Positions 42,976 to 53,843 of a stretch of DNA of 64,000 nt are shown piece by piece; position 1 is the first letter of the stretch; the number at the start of each line of letters is the position of its first letter. Origin of the DNA: an uncultured cyanobacterium (GTDB lineage Bacteria; Cyanobacteriota; Cyanobacteriia; Cyanobacteriales; CAWUOF01). The notes under the pieces were generated by a model. That model was not told the DNA's origin, ran no database searches, and saw nothing but the letters and a program-made list of their open reading frames with translations. The translations under genes and the position numbers were made by a program. Location of the stretch: positions 2,208,001 to 2,272,000 of the forward strand of contig CAVUSO010000001.1 in NCBI GenBank assembly GCA_963744145.1, written 5' to 3'.

Positions 42976-42995
42976 ATAATTTGTAACTATTTCCC

Positions 42996-43358
42996 ATGAA
43001 CCCGACAGATCCGGAAACCAAATCTCAGGATAAAACGCTAGAAGCGATGAGACATTTCGCTGAAACTTATGCCCAACGCACTAACACCTTTTTTTGTGCC
43101 GAACCTTCGGTAACAGCTGTAGTGATCGAAGGATTAGCAAAAAATAAAGAAGAACTAGGTTCACCTCTGTGTCCATGTCGTCACTACGACAATAAACAAG
43201 CTGAAGTGAAAGCTACCTTTTGGAATTGTCCTTGTGTTCCCATGCGAGAACGACAAGAGTGCCATTGTATGTTGTTTCTGACTCCAGATAATGAGTTTGC
43301 TGGAGATCAACAAAAAATTTCTCTCGAAGTCATTAAATCTGTGAGAGACAACATCTAA
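42996..43358 (+). CDS. ftrC: Ferredoxin-thioredoxin reductase catalytic subunit
   Basis: LCPCRHY, WNCPCVPMRER.ECHCMLFLT. Confidence 0.96.
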   Translation: MNPTDPETKSQDKTLEAMRHFAETYAQRTNTFFCAEPSVTAVVIEGLAKNKEELGSPLCPCRHYDNKQAEVKATFWNCPCVPMRERQECHCMLFLTPDNEFAGDQQKISLEVIKSVRDNI

Positions 43359-43772
43359 ATGAATGAGGACCAAATACCTCAAGAGTTCTGGACAGGTGTA
43401 GAGCAGTTTAATCAAAAACAGTTTTATGCTTGTCACGATACTCTAGAAGCTTTGTGGCTGGATGCTGGTCAACCCCAAAAAACTTTTTATCAAGGGATTT
43501 TACAGATTGCTGTAGCCCTCTATCACTTAGATAATCATAACTGGCTGGGTTCAGCTATTTTACTGGGGGAAGGAATCAGTCGGCTTCATCCTTACCAGCC
43601 AAATTACGCAGGGATTAATGTCACTTTACTGTTGCAGCAAAGTAGTCAGTTATTGACTGTGATCCAACAGCTAGGACCAGACAAAGTGGCTGAGGTGGTA
43701 GCACAATTAGGTCAAAGTCCAGAATTAGCCCAGGATAATTGTCGATTACCCGAAATTAAAAAAGCTAATTAG
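43359..43772 (+). CDS. DUF309 family protein
   Basis: GVEQFN..QFYACHDTLEALW, FYQGILQIAVALYHL. Confidence 0.9.
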   Translation: MNEDQIPQEFWTGVEQFNQKQFYACHDTLEALWLDAGQPQKTFYQGILQIAVALYHLDNHNWLGSAILLGEGISRLHPYQPNYAGINVTLLLQQSSQLLTVIQQLGPDKVAEVVAQLGQSPELAQDNCRLPEIKKAN

Positions 43773-43936
43773 TGATCTAGAGAGGAGCAATATTCCTGAG
43801 CATTGATTTTCCTGGTAGTAACTAGCCATTGAGTTGAACCAGATGTAAACTAAGGAAAGAAGTGTTTTCAGTTCTTCCCTTGATGAAGTCTGGAACCACA
43901 AGGAAGTTTTGGCGTTCTGATCTAGCACATAAAACT

Positions 43937-44404
43937 ATGCCTGCTGTTCGATTCCTGCACTCATTTATGCTTCGTCTTCGGGTAGCTGCGATGCTAACAC
44001 CAGTAGCGATCGCGATCGCTACTCCTGCAACGCCCCAATCGGCTCCGAACAGTGATGCTGGTCGAGTCATGACTGTCCGTTCTGATATCCAAGAAGCTGA
44101 TTCTAAAACTGGAATTATCACGGCTCGGGGTAATGTGCAAATCAATTATCCAGCCCGAGAAATTCAAGCTACATCAGCCCAAGCTCAATATTTCAGTCGG
44201 GAACGTCGCATTGTCCTCAGTGGAGATGTGTATGTTTTACAACAAGGAAATAGTATCCGAGGAGAAACAGTCACTTATTTAATTGATCAAGGGATTTTTG
44301 TGGCTACACCCAAGGTGAATCGACAAGTCGAATCTGTTTATATTGTGCCGGAACAAACTACCCCAGTCGCATCACCCGCACCTTTAGCCAGTCCGTCGCT
44401 CTAA
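43937..44404 (+). CDS. lptA: LptA/OstA-family LPS transport periplasmic protein
   Basis: SDIQEADSKTGIITARGNVQI, QAQYFSRERRIVLSGDV. Directly upstream of lptB; start uncertain. Confidence 0.85.
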   Translation: MPAVRFLHSFMLRLRVAAMLTPVAIAIATPATPQSAPNSDAGRVMTVRSDIQEADSKTGIITARGNVQINYPAREIQATSAQAQYFSRERRIVLSGDVYVLQQGNSIRGETVTYLIDQGIFVATPKVNRQVESVYIVPEQTTPVASPAPLASPSL

Positions 44405-44409
44405 TTGCT

Positions 44410-45138
44410 ATGAGAATAGTGCTAGAAAATATCCATAAATCCTATGGTAAGCGCGTGGTGGTAAATCGGGTGAATATTTCCGTCAGACAAGGAGAAATTG
44501 TCGGACTGTTAGGACCTAATGGGGCTGGTAAAACCACAACTTTTTATATTGCTACAGGTTTAGAAAAGCCCAATCAAGGCAAAGTTTGGCTTGATGATCT
44601 TGACATTACCACCGTACCCATGCACCAAAGAGCGCTATTGGGTATTGGTTATTTAGCCCAGGAGCCGAGTATTTTTCGGAATTTAAGTGTTCAGGAAAAT
44701 ATTTTATTAGTCTTAGAGCAAACTCATGTACCCCGTCGGGAATGGACGGGACGTTTAGATCATCTGCTCCAAGAGTTTCGGTTGGAAAAAGTCGCCACTA
44801 CTCTAGGAATAAGAGTTTCTGGGGGTGAAAGAAGAAGGACTGAACTAGCGCGAGCTTTAGCCGCAGGACCAGAAGGACCAAGATTTTTATTGTTAGATGA
44901 ACCCTTTGCGGGGGTAGATCCGATCGCTGTGGCAGAAATTCAACAGATTGTTGCGAAATTACGCGATCGCCAGATGGGGATTTTAATTACTGATCATAAC
45001 GTGCGGGAAACCTTAGCAATTACCGATCGAGCATATATTATGCGCGATGGTCAAATTTTAGCCGCAGGTAGTGGGGAAGAACTTTATGAAAATCCCTTAG
45101 TTCGACAATATTATTTAGGTGATAATTTTAAAATCTAA
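44410..45138 (+). CDS. lptB: LPS export ABC transporter ATP-binding protein
   Basis: GLLGPNGAGKTTTF, GYLAQEPSIFR, SGGERRR, LLDEPFAGVDP, ITDHNVRETL. Confidence 0.95.
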   Translation: MRIVLENIHKSYGKRVVVNRVNISVRQGEIVGLLGPNGAGKTTTFYIATGLEKPNQGKVWLDDLDITTVPMHQRALLGIGYLAQEPSIFRNLSVQENILLVLEQTHVPRREWTGRLDHLLQEFRLEKVATTLGIRVSGGERRRTELARALAAGPEGPRFLLLDEPFAGVDPIAVAEIQQIVAKLRDRQMGILITDHNVRETLAITDRAYIMRDGQILAAGSGEELYENPLVRQYYLGDNFKI

Positions 45139-45144
45139 AATGAC

Positions 45145-45166
45145 AGGGTGGATCATGATCCACCCT
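45145..45166. terminator. 22-bp perfect palindrome after lptB
   Basis: agggtggatcatgatccaccct between convergent lptB and petH. Confidence 0.5.
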
Positions 45167-45214
45167 AAATCATGAGAACTGAGAGCTAATGGGAGCATCA
45201 CCACTGGAAATCAG

Positions 45215-45338
45215 GGCGTTATTTAATTAGGGGATGAACATAGATAACTCCTGCGTTGTAGGGGCGTATAGCAATACGCCCCTACTAATTTTCCTGCGCT
45301 GGCAGATTCAGTCTTTCATCCCGTAAATCAGCAACGCC
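45215..45338. mobile_element. MITE with imperfect 24-bp TIRs and 8-bp TSD, carrying a nested REP
   Basis: TIRs ggcgttatttaattaggggatgaa / ttcatcccgtaaatcagcaacgcc; GAAATCAG duplicated at 45207-45214 and 45339-45346; REP at 45258-45285. Confidence 0.85.
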
Positions 45339-45351
45339 GAAATCAGAACCA

Positions 45352-46581
<1,230 letters not shown>

Positions 46582-47062
46582 TTAACTTATAGGGACAATC
46601 TACCCATTACACCATATAACAAAGGTAGTAATTGTTTCAGATTTTTCTCAAAGTAGCTTTAATTCTGGCTGATGCCCAATTACCTCAAGGGGAAAGTTTT
46701 TGCTGAGGATAAGAGGGTAAATTTCTGGCATGATGTCAACAGGGTGTCAGTTTTACATTTTTTTAACAAAAAATGTCCAACAAACCTTAGCATAAATACT
46801 GAGCTAAATAATTCCACTTTCGCACTTACCTAGGAGGGACACTCCCACTGTAGGGTAAGCTTACATGAATAGTGTAAGACTAAATACTTAATCGAAAGTT
46901 TGAGCCTGCCCTAACTGGCAGCAGCCAGACTGCTAGATAGCTTGGTTATTGCTTCGTACTTTGGTACGAAATAGTCTAACTGCTATGGGGAAAATATATG
47001 GCTCATGGAATTAGCTCGTGACCAACCTGGGTGAAGACAATTTTATTCGTTAGAGGGAAGCT

Positions 47063-48067
47063 ATGACCAGTAAGCCGGATCGCGTGGTTATAATTGGCGT
47101 TGCCGGAGACTCCGGATGCGGTAAATCAACGTTTTTGCGTCGCTTAACAGATTTGTTTGGCGAAGATTTGGTGACAGTAATCTGCTTAGACGACTACCAC
47201 TGTCTAGATCGTAAGCAACGCAAAGAAACTGGGATTACTGCGCTTGACCCCAGAGCCAACAACTTTGACCTGATGTCCGAACAAATAAAGGCCCTTAAGC
47301 ATGGTCAGGCGATCAACAAGCCGATCTACAATCACGAAACCGGTATGATTGATCCACCAGAACGGATTGAGCCCAATCATATTATTGTGGTAGAGGGGCT
47401 GCATCCGTTGTATGACGAACGGGTGCGATCGCTGCTGGACTTCAGTGTTTATCTTGATATCAGCGATGATGTCAAGATTGCTTGGAAAATTCAGCGGGAT
47501 ATGGCAGAAAGAGGTCACCGTTATGAAGATGTACTCGCTGCGATTAACGCCCGTCGCCCGGATTTTACCGCTTACATCGAGCCACAGAAAGAGTTTGCTG
47601 ATGTAGTAATTCAAGTGTTACCCACCCAATTAATCAAAGACGACCAAGATCGCAAAGTGTTGCGGGTTCGTCTGCTCCAAAGGTTTGGGGTGGAAGGTTT
47701 TGAACCTGCTTATCTGTTTGATGAAGGGTCAACTATTCACTGGACTCCTTGTGGACGCAAACTCACCTGCTCTTGGCCCGGAATTAAGATGTTTTACGGA
47801 CCTGATAGCTACTATGGTCATGAAGTTTCAGTCCTGGAAGTAGATGGTCAGTTCGACAATCTGGAAGAAGTGATTTACATCGAAAGCCATTTGAGCAAAA
47901 CTGCGACTAAGTACGAGGGTGAGTTAACTCATTTGTTACTACAACATAAAGAATATCCAGGTTCTAATAATGGTACTGGTTTATTCCAAGTGATTACTGG
48001 TCTGAAAATGCGTGCTACTTATGAACGGTTAACCGCGAAAGAAGCCAAAATCGCTGCTAGTGTATAG
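47063..48067 (+). CDS. prk: Phosphoribulokinase
   Basis: GVAGDSGCGKSTF, ICLDDYH, KPIYNH, KIQRDMAERGH. Confidence 0.97.
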   Translation: MTSKPDRVVIIGVAGDSGCGKSTFLRRLTDLFGEDLVTVICLDDYHCLDRKQRKETGITALDPRANNFDLMSEQIKALKHGQAINKPIYNHETGMIDPPERIEPNHIIVVEGLHPLYDERVRSLLDFSVYLDISDDVKIAWKIQRDMAERGHRYEDVLAAINARRPDFTAYIEPQKEFADVVIQVLPTQLIKDDQDRKVLRVRLLQRFGVEGFEPAYLFDEGSTIHWTPCGRKLTCSWPGIKMFYGPDSYYGHEVSVLEVDGQFDNLEEVIYIESHLSKTATKYEGELTHLLLQHKEYPGSNNGTGLFQVITGLKMRATYERLTAKEAKIAASV

Positions 48068-48094
48068 AACGATTGAGGTTTAAAGTTACTCCTC

Positions 48095-48130
48095 AACGCG
48101 AGATGCTATCCTTGGCGCTCGCGTTTTTTT
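48095..48130 (+). terminator. Rho-independent terminator of prk
   Basis: aacgcgag...ctcgcgtt stem followed by a T run. Confidence 0.7.
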
Positions 48131-48326
48131 ATGTGTTAAAAACGACTAGCTATACCCAAAAATAACTTGGGGAGTAACTACTTGCCAAGAGCCATAAAAA
48201 TGTGCTATAATGCCTAGTGGAAAAAAGTAGTTAGATTAGCTATTTAGAGCGTAAGTAATTAGCTCAACTCACAATAAAATTGGAAATTAAAATATAGAGC
48301 CGTCAGGGAGCGGTTAAGGAAAAACT

Positions 48327-50078
48327 TTGAATAACCCGATCGCCAATTCTAACCTCTACCGTCCCATTGCTGAGTGGACTGGACGTTTAATTTTACCATT
48401 GCTGTCAGAAAGACGTAGTGATGGTGGTGTCTATATCGAAGTTCAAAATGCCCCCGACACCTATAATCAACTCAAAGGTAAGAAAATCTGGGTGAATTGG
48501 GACCAAAATTCCATCCATAGAGCTTGGCTCCAACGGGCGACAATTGACATTAAATTTGACGATATTACTCGTCAAAGTATGAAAAATCTTTTTGTGCATC
48601 CAGTTCGATTAGATGGATGGAAACAAGTTAGTCCGTTAGAATCAATTGCAGGATTAAGACCTCAAGATGATGTTCAAGTCCAACTAGATGTTCTCAATGT
48701 AGAGCAAAATGGGGACGCTTGGGTACTCAGGATTGGGGATGAACCGATCCAAATTAGCGGAGTAAAAAAAGCTTTTATTACCTTTGTCGCACCTGCGGGA
48801 GAAAAAAGCTATAGTGTCAAACACTACAACCCAACGAGTGGGATTTTCGATGGTGCTGTAGAAGTAATGGCTTTTCCTGATGTAGGTACAGTTACTCCTG
48901 GAAATAAAGTTGAACAAAGTTCGATTCTAAACATCGAAAAGTCACCTTTAAATGCGGCTGGATGGTATGTCTATGGTGATCAGGATGGAGATGGCACATT
49001 TAAAGTCCAAGCCCTAGAACCAGCAGCAGCACTATTACTTGCTCCGACTAGGATAAAATCAGGAAGAGCAGAAGCTTTGGATTATGTGACGGATAGTCAA
49101 TGGAATCAGATTCCCTTACACCGAATTGAAAGAACCCTAGTAGATAACAACGGTCCAATAATTTCCGATAGCCAAAAAACCCCTGAGTTAATGCAGAAGC
49201 GCACTAGCGAACTTTGGTATCTGGATGATATTGCATTAATAGTTCATACTTTTGGTTGGAGAGGAGGTCCAAGAGGAGATAGCGCTCTCTTAGGGATAGT
49301 TACCACCGGACACTTTGCTTATGGTTTTGCTAAAGTAATTAGCGATGAATTTACTTCCCAACTGCGTTTTGATCTAGTTTATCGCCAAATTTATGGTCAT
49401 GGTCGCGAAGGGATTATCGCTGGAGCGCAAAAATGGCATGCTTATATGGGCAGTTTGAAACGTGGTTGGATGTACACCTTACCTGTTTCTGATGTAGCCA
49501 TCCGCATCCCGGAACTGACTGTTCCTTATCAATTAGGAGATAAAACCTTCGATCCCTTATTAACCATTCTCCAAGAATTGGCCCTGATGGAGGCTCGCTA
49601 TCGGACTGGACCGGGAAATGGTGCTTCTCTAGTTAGTCCATCAACATCATGTGTGAAAGATTCCAGTCAAGCTTTATTTGCAGCAGTGAAACGTCTCAAA
49701 AATGACGCGATCGCCGATCCAACTGTAAAAAGTTGGCTGGATCAGAATCAGGACAACTATGACAAACAGCGTTTTAATCGCATGGAATCCCTGCTAGATG
49801 ACGTAGAAAATAGTATGTTGATTCCGTTGGGATATGTACCAAAAGGTTGGCGTGGAGATAATGAATATGTGGCGGCTCATAGTCAAGGTGGTAATATTAG
49901 TGTTGGGGGAATAGTAGAGGCTCTCAAAGCTTGGAAAACTATGCTTCCTCGTCGTGCTGAAAAGGAACTTTTGAAAATTATGTGCCGACATGGAGGAACT
50001 ATGATCGATTTTCAATCAGCAGCGATCGGTGGAGACATTCCTGGGATTGTCCCTGCACCACCTACGGTAATTTTTTAA
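48327..50078 (+). CDS. Hypothetical protein resembling the soluble part of cyanobacterial CAAX/Abi-annotated proteins
   Basis: YRPIAEWTGRLILP, RLDGWKQVSPLESIAG.RP.DDV, TGHFAYG, SCVKDSSQAL, WKTMLPR motifs recalled from that family. No TM protease segment. Confidence 0.6.
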   Translation: MNNPIANSNLYRPIAEWTGRLILPLLSERRSDGGVYIEVQNAPDTYNQLKGKKIWVNWDQNSIHRAWLQRATIDIKFDDITRQSMKNLFVHPVRLDGWKQVSPLESIAGLRPQDDVQVQLDVLNVEQNGDAWVLRIGDEPIQISGVKKAFITFVAPAGEKSYSVKHYNPTSGIFDGAVEVMAFPDVGTVTPGNKVEQSSILNIEKSPLNAAGWYVYGDQDGDGTFKVQALEPAAALLLAPTRIKSGRAEALDYVTDSQWNQIPLHRIERTLVDNNGPIISDSQKTPELMQKRTSELWYLDDIALIVHTFGWRGGPRGDSALLGIVTTGHFAYGFAKVISDEFTSQLRFDLVYRQIYGHGREGIIAGAQKWHAYMGSLKRGWMYTLPVSDVAIRIPELTVPYQLGDKTFDPLLTILQELALMEARYRTGPGNGASLVSPSTSCVKDSSQALFAAVKRLKNDAIADPTVKSWLDQNQDNYDKQRFNRMESLLDDVENSMLIPLGYVPKGWRGDNEYVAAHSQGGNISVGGIVEALKAWKTMLPRRAEKELLKIMCRHGGTMIDFQSAAIGGDIPGIVPAPPTVIF

Positions 50079-50247
50079 TTGGTTATTCCTCTAGCCCTTC
50101 ACACTCCAACCTGATTTTACCCCCAGATTGACGAATAAATCGGTAAGAATGTATGGTAGGGGAAGTAATGCTTAGTTTTGTTTTCTCCAAAAATAATGGG
50201 GGAAACAAAACTTAGGCTATGGTTTTTTACCGATTCGATTTAAAATA

Positions 50248-51528
50248 ATGACACAAGCAGCAATAGAAGCTTTACTGAAACAAAAAATAGGCTTAGATGC
50301 TATGTCAATCGGTTCTAGTACAATTACTAGACTGGTACAAAGACGAATGGCAAATCTGGGGATAAAGGATATTAACATTTATTGGCGGCGATTGCAAGCA
50401 TCCAGCCAGGAATTAGAAGAGTTGATCGAAGAAGCAATTGTCCCGGAAACTTGGTTTTTTCGCGATCGAGAACCATTTGTATTTTTAAATCGCTTTGTGA
50501 TTAAAGAATGGTTACCGAAAAATTTCAACCGGATGCTGAGGGTGTTAAGTGTACCTTGTTCAACGGGGGAAGAGCCATATTCGATCGCGATCGCTTTTTT
50601 AGAAGCAGGATTAAACCTCAAAAATTTTATAATCGATGCGGTTGATCTGAGTAAGATATCCTTAGAAAAAGCGCGACAAGGAAACTATACTAAAAATTCT
50701 TTTCGGGGTGAATTACCAAACTTTACCTATAGCAAAGGGGAAAATTTACAACAACGCTATTTTCAGGAGTCAGACAATAAGTATCAAATTAGTGACTTAG
50801 TTCGTCCTAGTGTTAACTTTCTCCATGGCAATTTACTCGATTATCATTTTTGGAGTGATAAGAGAAATTATGACATTATATTTTGTCGGAATGTCTTAAT
50901 TTATTTTGATGATGCGGTGAGAAAACAGACGATCCAGTTATTAGAGCGTTTGCTCACAGATACAGGATTACTATTTTTGGGACACTCAGAAACATTACAG
51001 ATTATCAACTCGGGATTTATCTCAATTCCCCATCCCTTAGCTTTTGCTTACCAAAAAGTACCAAGCAAAGTAGAAATCCGAGTAAATGAAAAGTTAGCAG
51101 TAGGAATAAACCCAGAAGCAAAAATCAATAAATTATCACCTAAACCCATTGTTAATCTGACCAGTACACCGAAACTGCTTACTTCTACCCCATCGACCGA
51201 ACTGAAACTATTGACATCATCAATTCAAAATGCTAGTCAATTAGCAGATCAAGGAAAGTTAACAGAAGCAGCGATGATCTGCGAAAATTATCTGAAAGAA
51301 AACCGTACCAGTGTGGAAGCTTATGTATTATTAGGTCAAGTGAGATTAGCAGAGGGTAATCAAGACCAAGCTGAAGAATGTTTTCAAAAAGCAATTTATC
51401 TAGAACCTCACCATTATGAAGCGCTGATCCATTTAGCTTTAATTAAAGAAAAAAATGGTGATTTAGCGAAAGCAGTCTTGCTCCGACAAAGAATCCAAAG
51501 ATTAGAAAATTTGCGCGATAAACCCTAA
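50248..51528 (+). CDS. cheR: CheR methyltransferase with C-terminal TPR (WspC-type)
   Basis: VPETWFFRD, SVPCSTGEEPYS, IFCRNVLIYFD, GHSE; TPR tail (AYVLLG...KAIYLEP.H.EALIHLA). Confidence 0.92.
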   Translation: MTQAAIEALLKQKIGLDAMSIGSSTITRLVQRRMANLGIKDINIYWRRLQASSQELEELIEEAIVPETWFFRDREPFVFLNRFVIKEWLPKNFNRMLRVLSVPCSTGEEPYSIAIAFLEAGLNLKNFIIDAVDLSKISLEKARQGNYTKNSFRGELPNFTYSKGENLQQRYFQESDNKYQISDLVRPSVNFLHGNLLDYHFWSDKRNYDIIFCRNVLIYFDDAVRKQTIQLLERLLTDTGLLFLGHSETLQIINSGFISIPHPLAFAYQKVPSKVEIRVNEKLAVGINPEAKINKLSPKPIVNLTSTPKLLTSTPSTELKLLTSSIQNASQLADQGKLTEAAMICENYLKENRTSVEAYVLLGQVRLAEGNQDQAEECFQKAIYLEPHHYEALIHLALIKEKNGDLAKAVLLRQRIQRLENLRDKP

Positions 51529-51557
51529 TTAAAAATCAACTAAAAAATTGACTCATT

Positions 51558-53147
51558 ATGTTCAACAATATCACCTTACAAAAATCCTTGATATTTTCGT
51601 TTGTATATATGGTTCTGGGATTATTTTTTATTTCCCTAGTTAGTTGGATTTCTAATTCTGATTTATATGCACAAGTTGATACATTAGGTAATAACAGTTT
51701 ACCCAGTGTGACTGGATTATATAAAGTGTATGACGGACAAACCAAAATAGATGCAGCTGAACAATCCCTACTGAATCCTAAATTGACTAGCGAAGATAGA
51801 AAAGCAGAATTAGGCAAAATTAAACAAGCTTGGACAGAAATAGAAACGGGATTCAAACTGTATGAAACTACACCCCGAAGTGATGAAGAAGATCGAGTCT
51901 ATAAACAATTACAAATTGATTGGCTTAATTGGAAGCAAAATCACGAACAATTTTTAAACTTAAATCAAGAATTTGAGCGATTAGGTATCATCAATCCTGA
52001 TGAGCTACAACTATCATTATTACGTCAGGGAAAAGAAAATTCTTCGGAAATAGCAGCTGCCAAAGCTGCGTCTGAGGCTTTAAATAGACTTTACACTCAA
52101 TCCAAAGACAATCGCGCTACCTATATAGTCGCAGCTAAATTAATTTTAGAAGATATTAAAATTAATGAAGATGCAGGAGAACAGGCAAAAAAAGACGCCA
52201 GCAAGGTTAATACTCAGAGCAAAATTATTGTCATCACTGCCATGATAATTGGGATCGGTAGTGCGATCGGTTTTGGATTTTATTTTATTAAACAAGTTAC
52301 CGAACCTCTGGCTAATCAAATTCAAAGTTCTGGGATAAAAATTACCACATCAACTACAGAAATAGCTGCTTCGGGTAAAGAATTAGAAGCAACAATGACG
52401 GAACAAGTTGCTTCAACTAATGAGGTAGTAGCAACTGCTAGAGAAATTGCTGCTACTGCGAAAAAGCTAGTTCAGACCATGGAAGAAGTAACGATGATGT
52501 CCCAAACAACTGCCCAATCAGCTAGTAATGGACAAAAAAATTTAGTGCAGATGGAAACAAGTATGCGTCACTTAGCAGATGCTACTGCTTCAATTGCGTC
52601 CAGACTGGAAATAATTAGTGAAAAAGCTGATAATATTAATACCATTGTCTCTACCATTACTAAAGTAGCAGATCAGACTAATTTACTCTCACTTAATGCG
52701 GCGATCGAAGCAGAACAAGCAGGAGAATATGGGATGGGTTTTGCTGTAGTTGCTCGAGAGATTCGGCGTTTAGCCGATCAGACAGCGGTAGCTACTTTAG
52801 ATATTGAAAGTATGGTAAAAGAAATGCAATCGGCGGTTTCAAGTGGGGTGATGGAGATGAATAAATTTACCACAGAAGTGAGTCGCAACGTGCAAGAAGT
52901 CCGCAATATTAGTGTGCAACTGTCCAATGTTATTGAAGAGGTACAAAGCTTAACTCCGCGATTTAGGAATGTGAATGAGGGGATGGATGCTCAATCAGAA
53001 GGAGCTAGTCAAATTAGTGAAGCGATGTTGCAATTAAGTGAAGCATCAGGTCAAACAGCTGATGCAATCCGGGAAATTAATCGAGCTTTAGAGGAATTAA
53101 CTGATGCTGCTCAAAACTTAAGGCGATCGACGTTAGCTTTAAAATAG
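51558..53147 (+). CDS. Methyl-accepting chemotaxis protein (WspA-type)
   Basis: Two TM helices around a helical sensor; VADQTNLLSLNAAIEA..AGEYG.GFAVVAREIRRLADQT. Confidence 0.93.
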   Translation: MFNNITLQKSLIFSFVYMVLGLFFISLVSWISNSDLYAQVDTLGNNSLPSVTGLYKVYDGQTKIDAAEQSLLNPKLTSEDRKAELGKIKQAWTEIETGFKLYETTPRSDEEDRVYKQLQIDWLNWKQNHEQFLNLNQEFERLGIINPDELQLSLLRQGKENSSEIAAAKAASEALNRLYTQSKDNRATYIVAAKLILEDIKINEDAGEQAKKDASKVNTQSKIIVITAMIIGIGSAIGFGFYFIKQVTEPLANQIQSSGIKITTSTTEIAASGKELEATMTEQVASTNEVVATAREIAATAKKLVQTMEEVTMMSQTTAQSASNGQKNLVQMETSMRHLADATASIASRLEIISEKADNINTIVSTITKVADQTNLLSLNAAIEAEQAGEYGMGFAVVAREIRRLADQTAVATLDIESMVKEMQSAVSSGVMEMNKFTTEVSRNVQEVRNISVQLSNVIEEVQSLTPRFRNVNEGMDAQSEGASQISEAMLQLSEASGQTADAIREINRALEELTDAAQNLRRSTLALK

Positions 53148-53158
53148 GGTAATCGGTA

Positions 53159-53833
53159 ATGAGCAATGATTGTTGGAAAAAAATTGGTGTTACGGGCGAT
53201 CGCTCCTGTCCAGAACTAAAAAAAGTTATTCATTGTCACAATTGCCCGATTTATGCAGCTGCGGGTCGTAATTTATTAGAGCGGACAGCACCAACAGGAT
53301 ATGTAAATACTTGGACTAATTTGCTTTCTCGTGATAAAGATATTGAGATTACCTATCGAGTTGCTTCAGCAGATACAATTTCGGTGGGGATATTTCGGAT
53401 TGGTGCTGAATGGTTAGCATTACCAGCTAAATTATTCAAAGAAGTGACTGAAAATGCAGTAATTCATATTTTGCCCCAGCGAAGTAACGAAGTTCTCTTA
53501 GGGTTAGTAAATGTGCGGGGTGAAATTCAACTCTGTATCTCATTACAAGCTCTATTAGGAATTGAAACTGCTGTAGTTAATTCTCAGAATATTAATCCTT
53601 TGGTCTATGGAAGAATGGTAGTGATCGAAAAAGCTGGTAGTCGTTGGGTATTTCCTGTCGATGAAATCTATGGGATTCATCGGATCTATGGAAATGAATT
53701 GGGAAATGTCCCAGCAACGGTAAATAAGATTGCTGATAATTATACCAAAGGAATGATTAAATGGCAATCCCAAAATGTGAGTTATTTAGATGATGAATTG
53801 TTATTTTATACGTTAGATAAAAAACTTTTATAG
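53159..53833 (+). CDS. cheW: CheW adaptor (WspD-type)
   Basis: DCWKKIGVTGDRSCPEL...HCHNCPIY N-terminus typical of WspD; LGLVNVRGE. Confidence 0.92.
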   Translation: MSNDCWKKIGVTGDRSCPELKKVIHCHNCPIYAAAGRNLLERTAPTGYVNTWTNLLSRDKDIEITYRVASADTISVGIFRIGAEWLALPAKLFKEVTENAVIHILPQRSNEVLLGLVNVRGEIQLCISLQALLGIETAVVNSQNINPLVYGRMVVIEKAGSRWVFPVDEIYGIHRIYGNELGNVPATVNKIADNYTKGMIKWQSQNVSYLDDELLFYTLDKKLL

Positions 53834-53843
53834 GTGCTAAATT

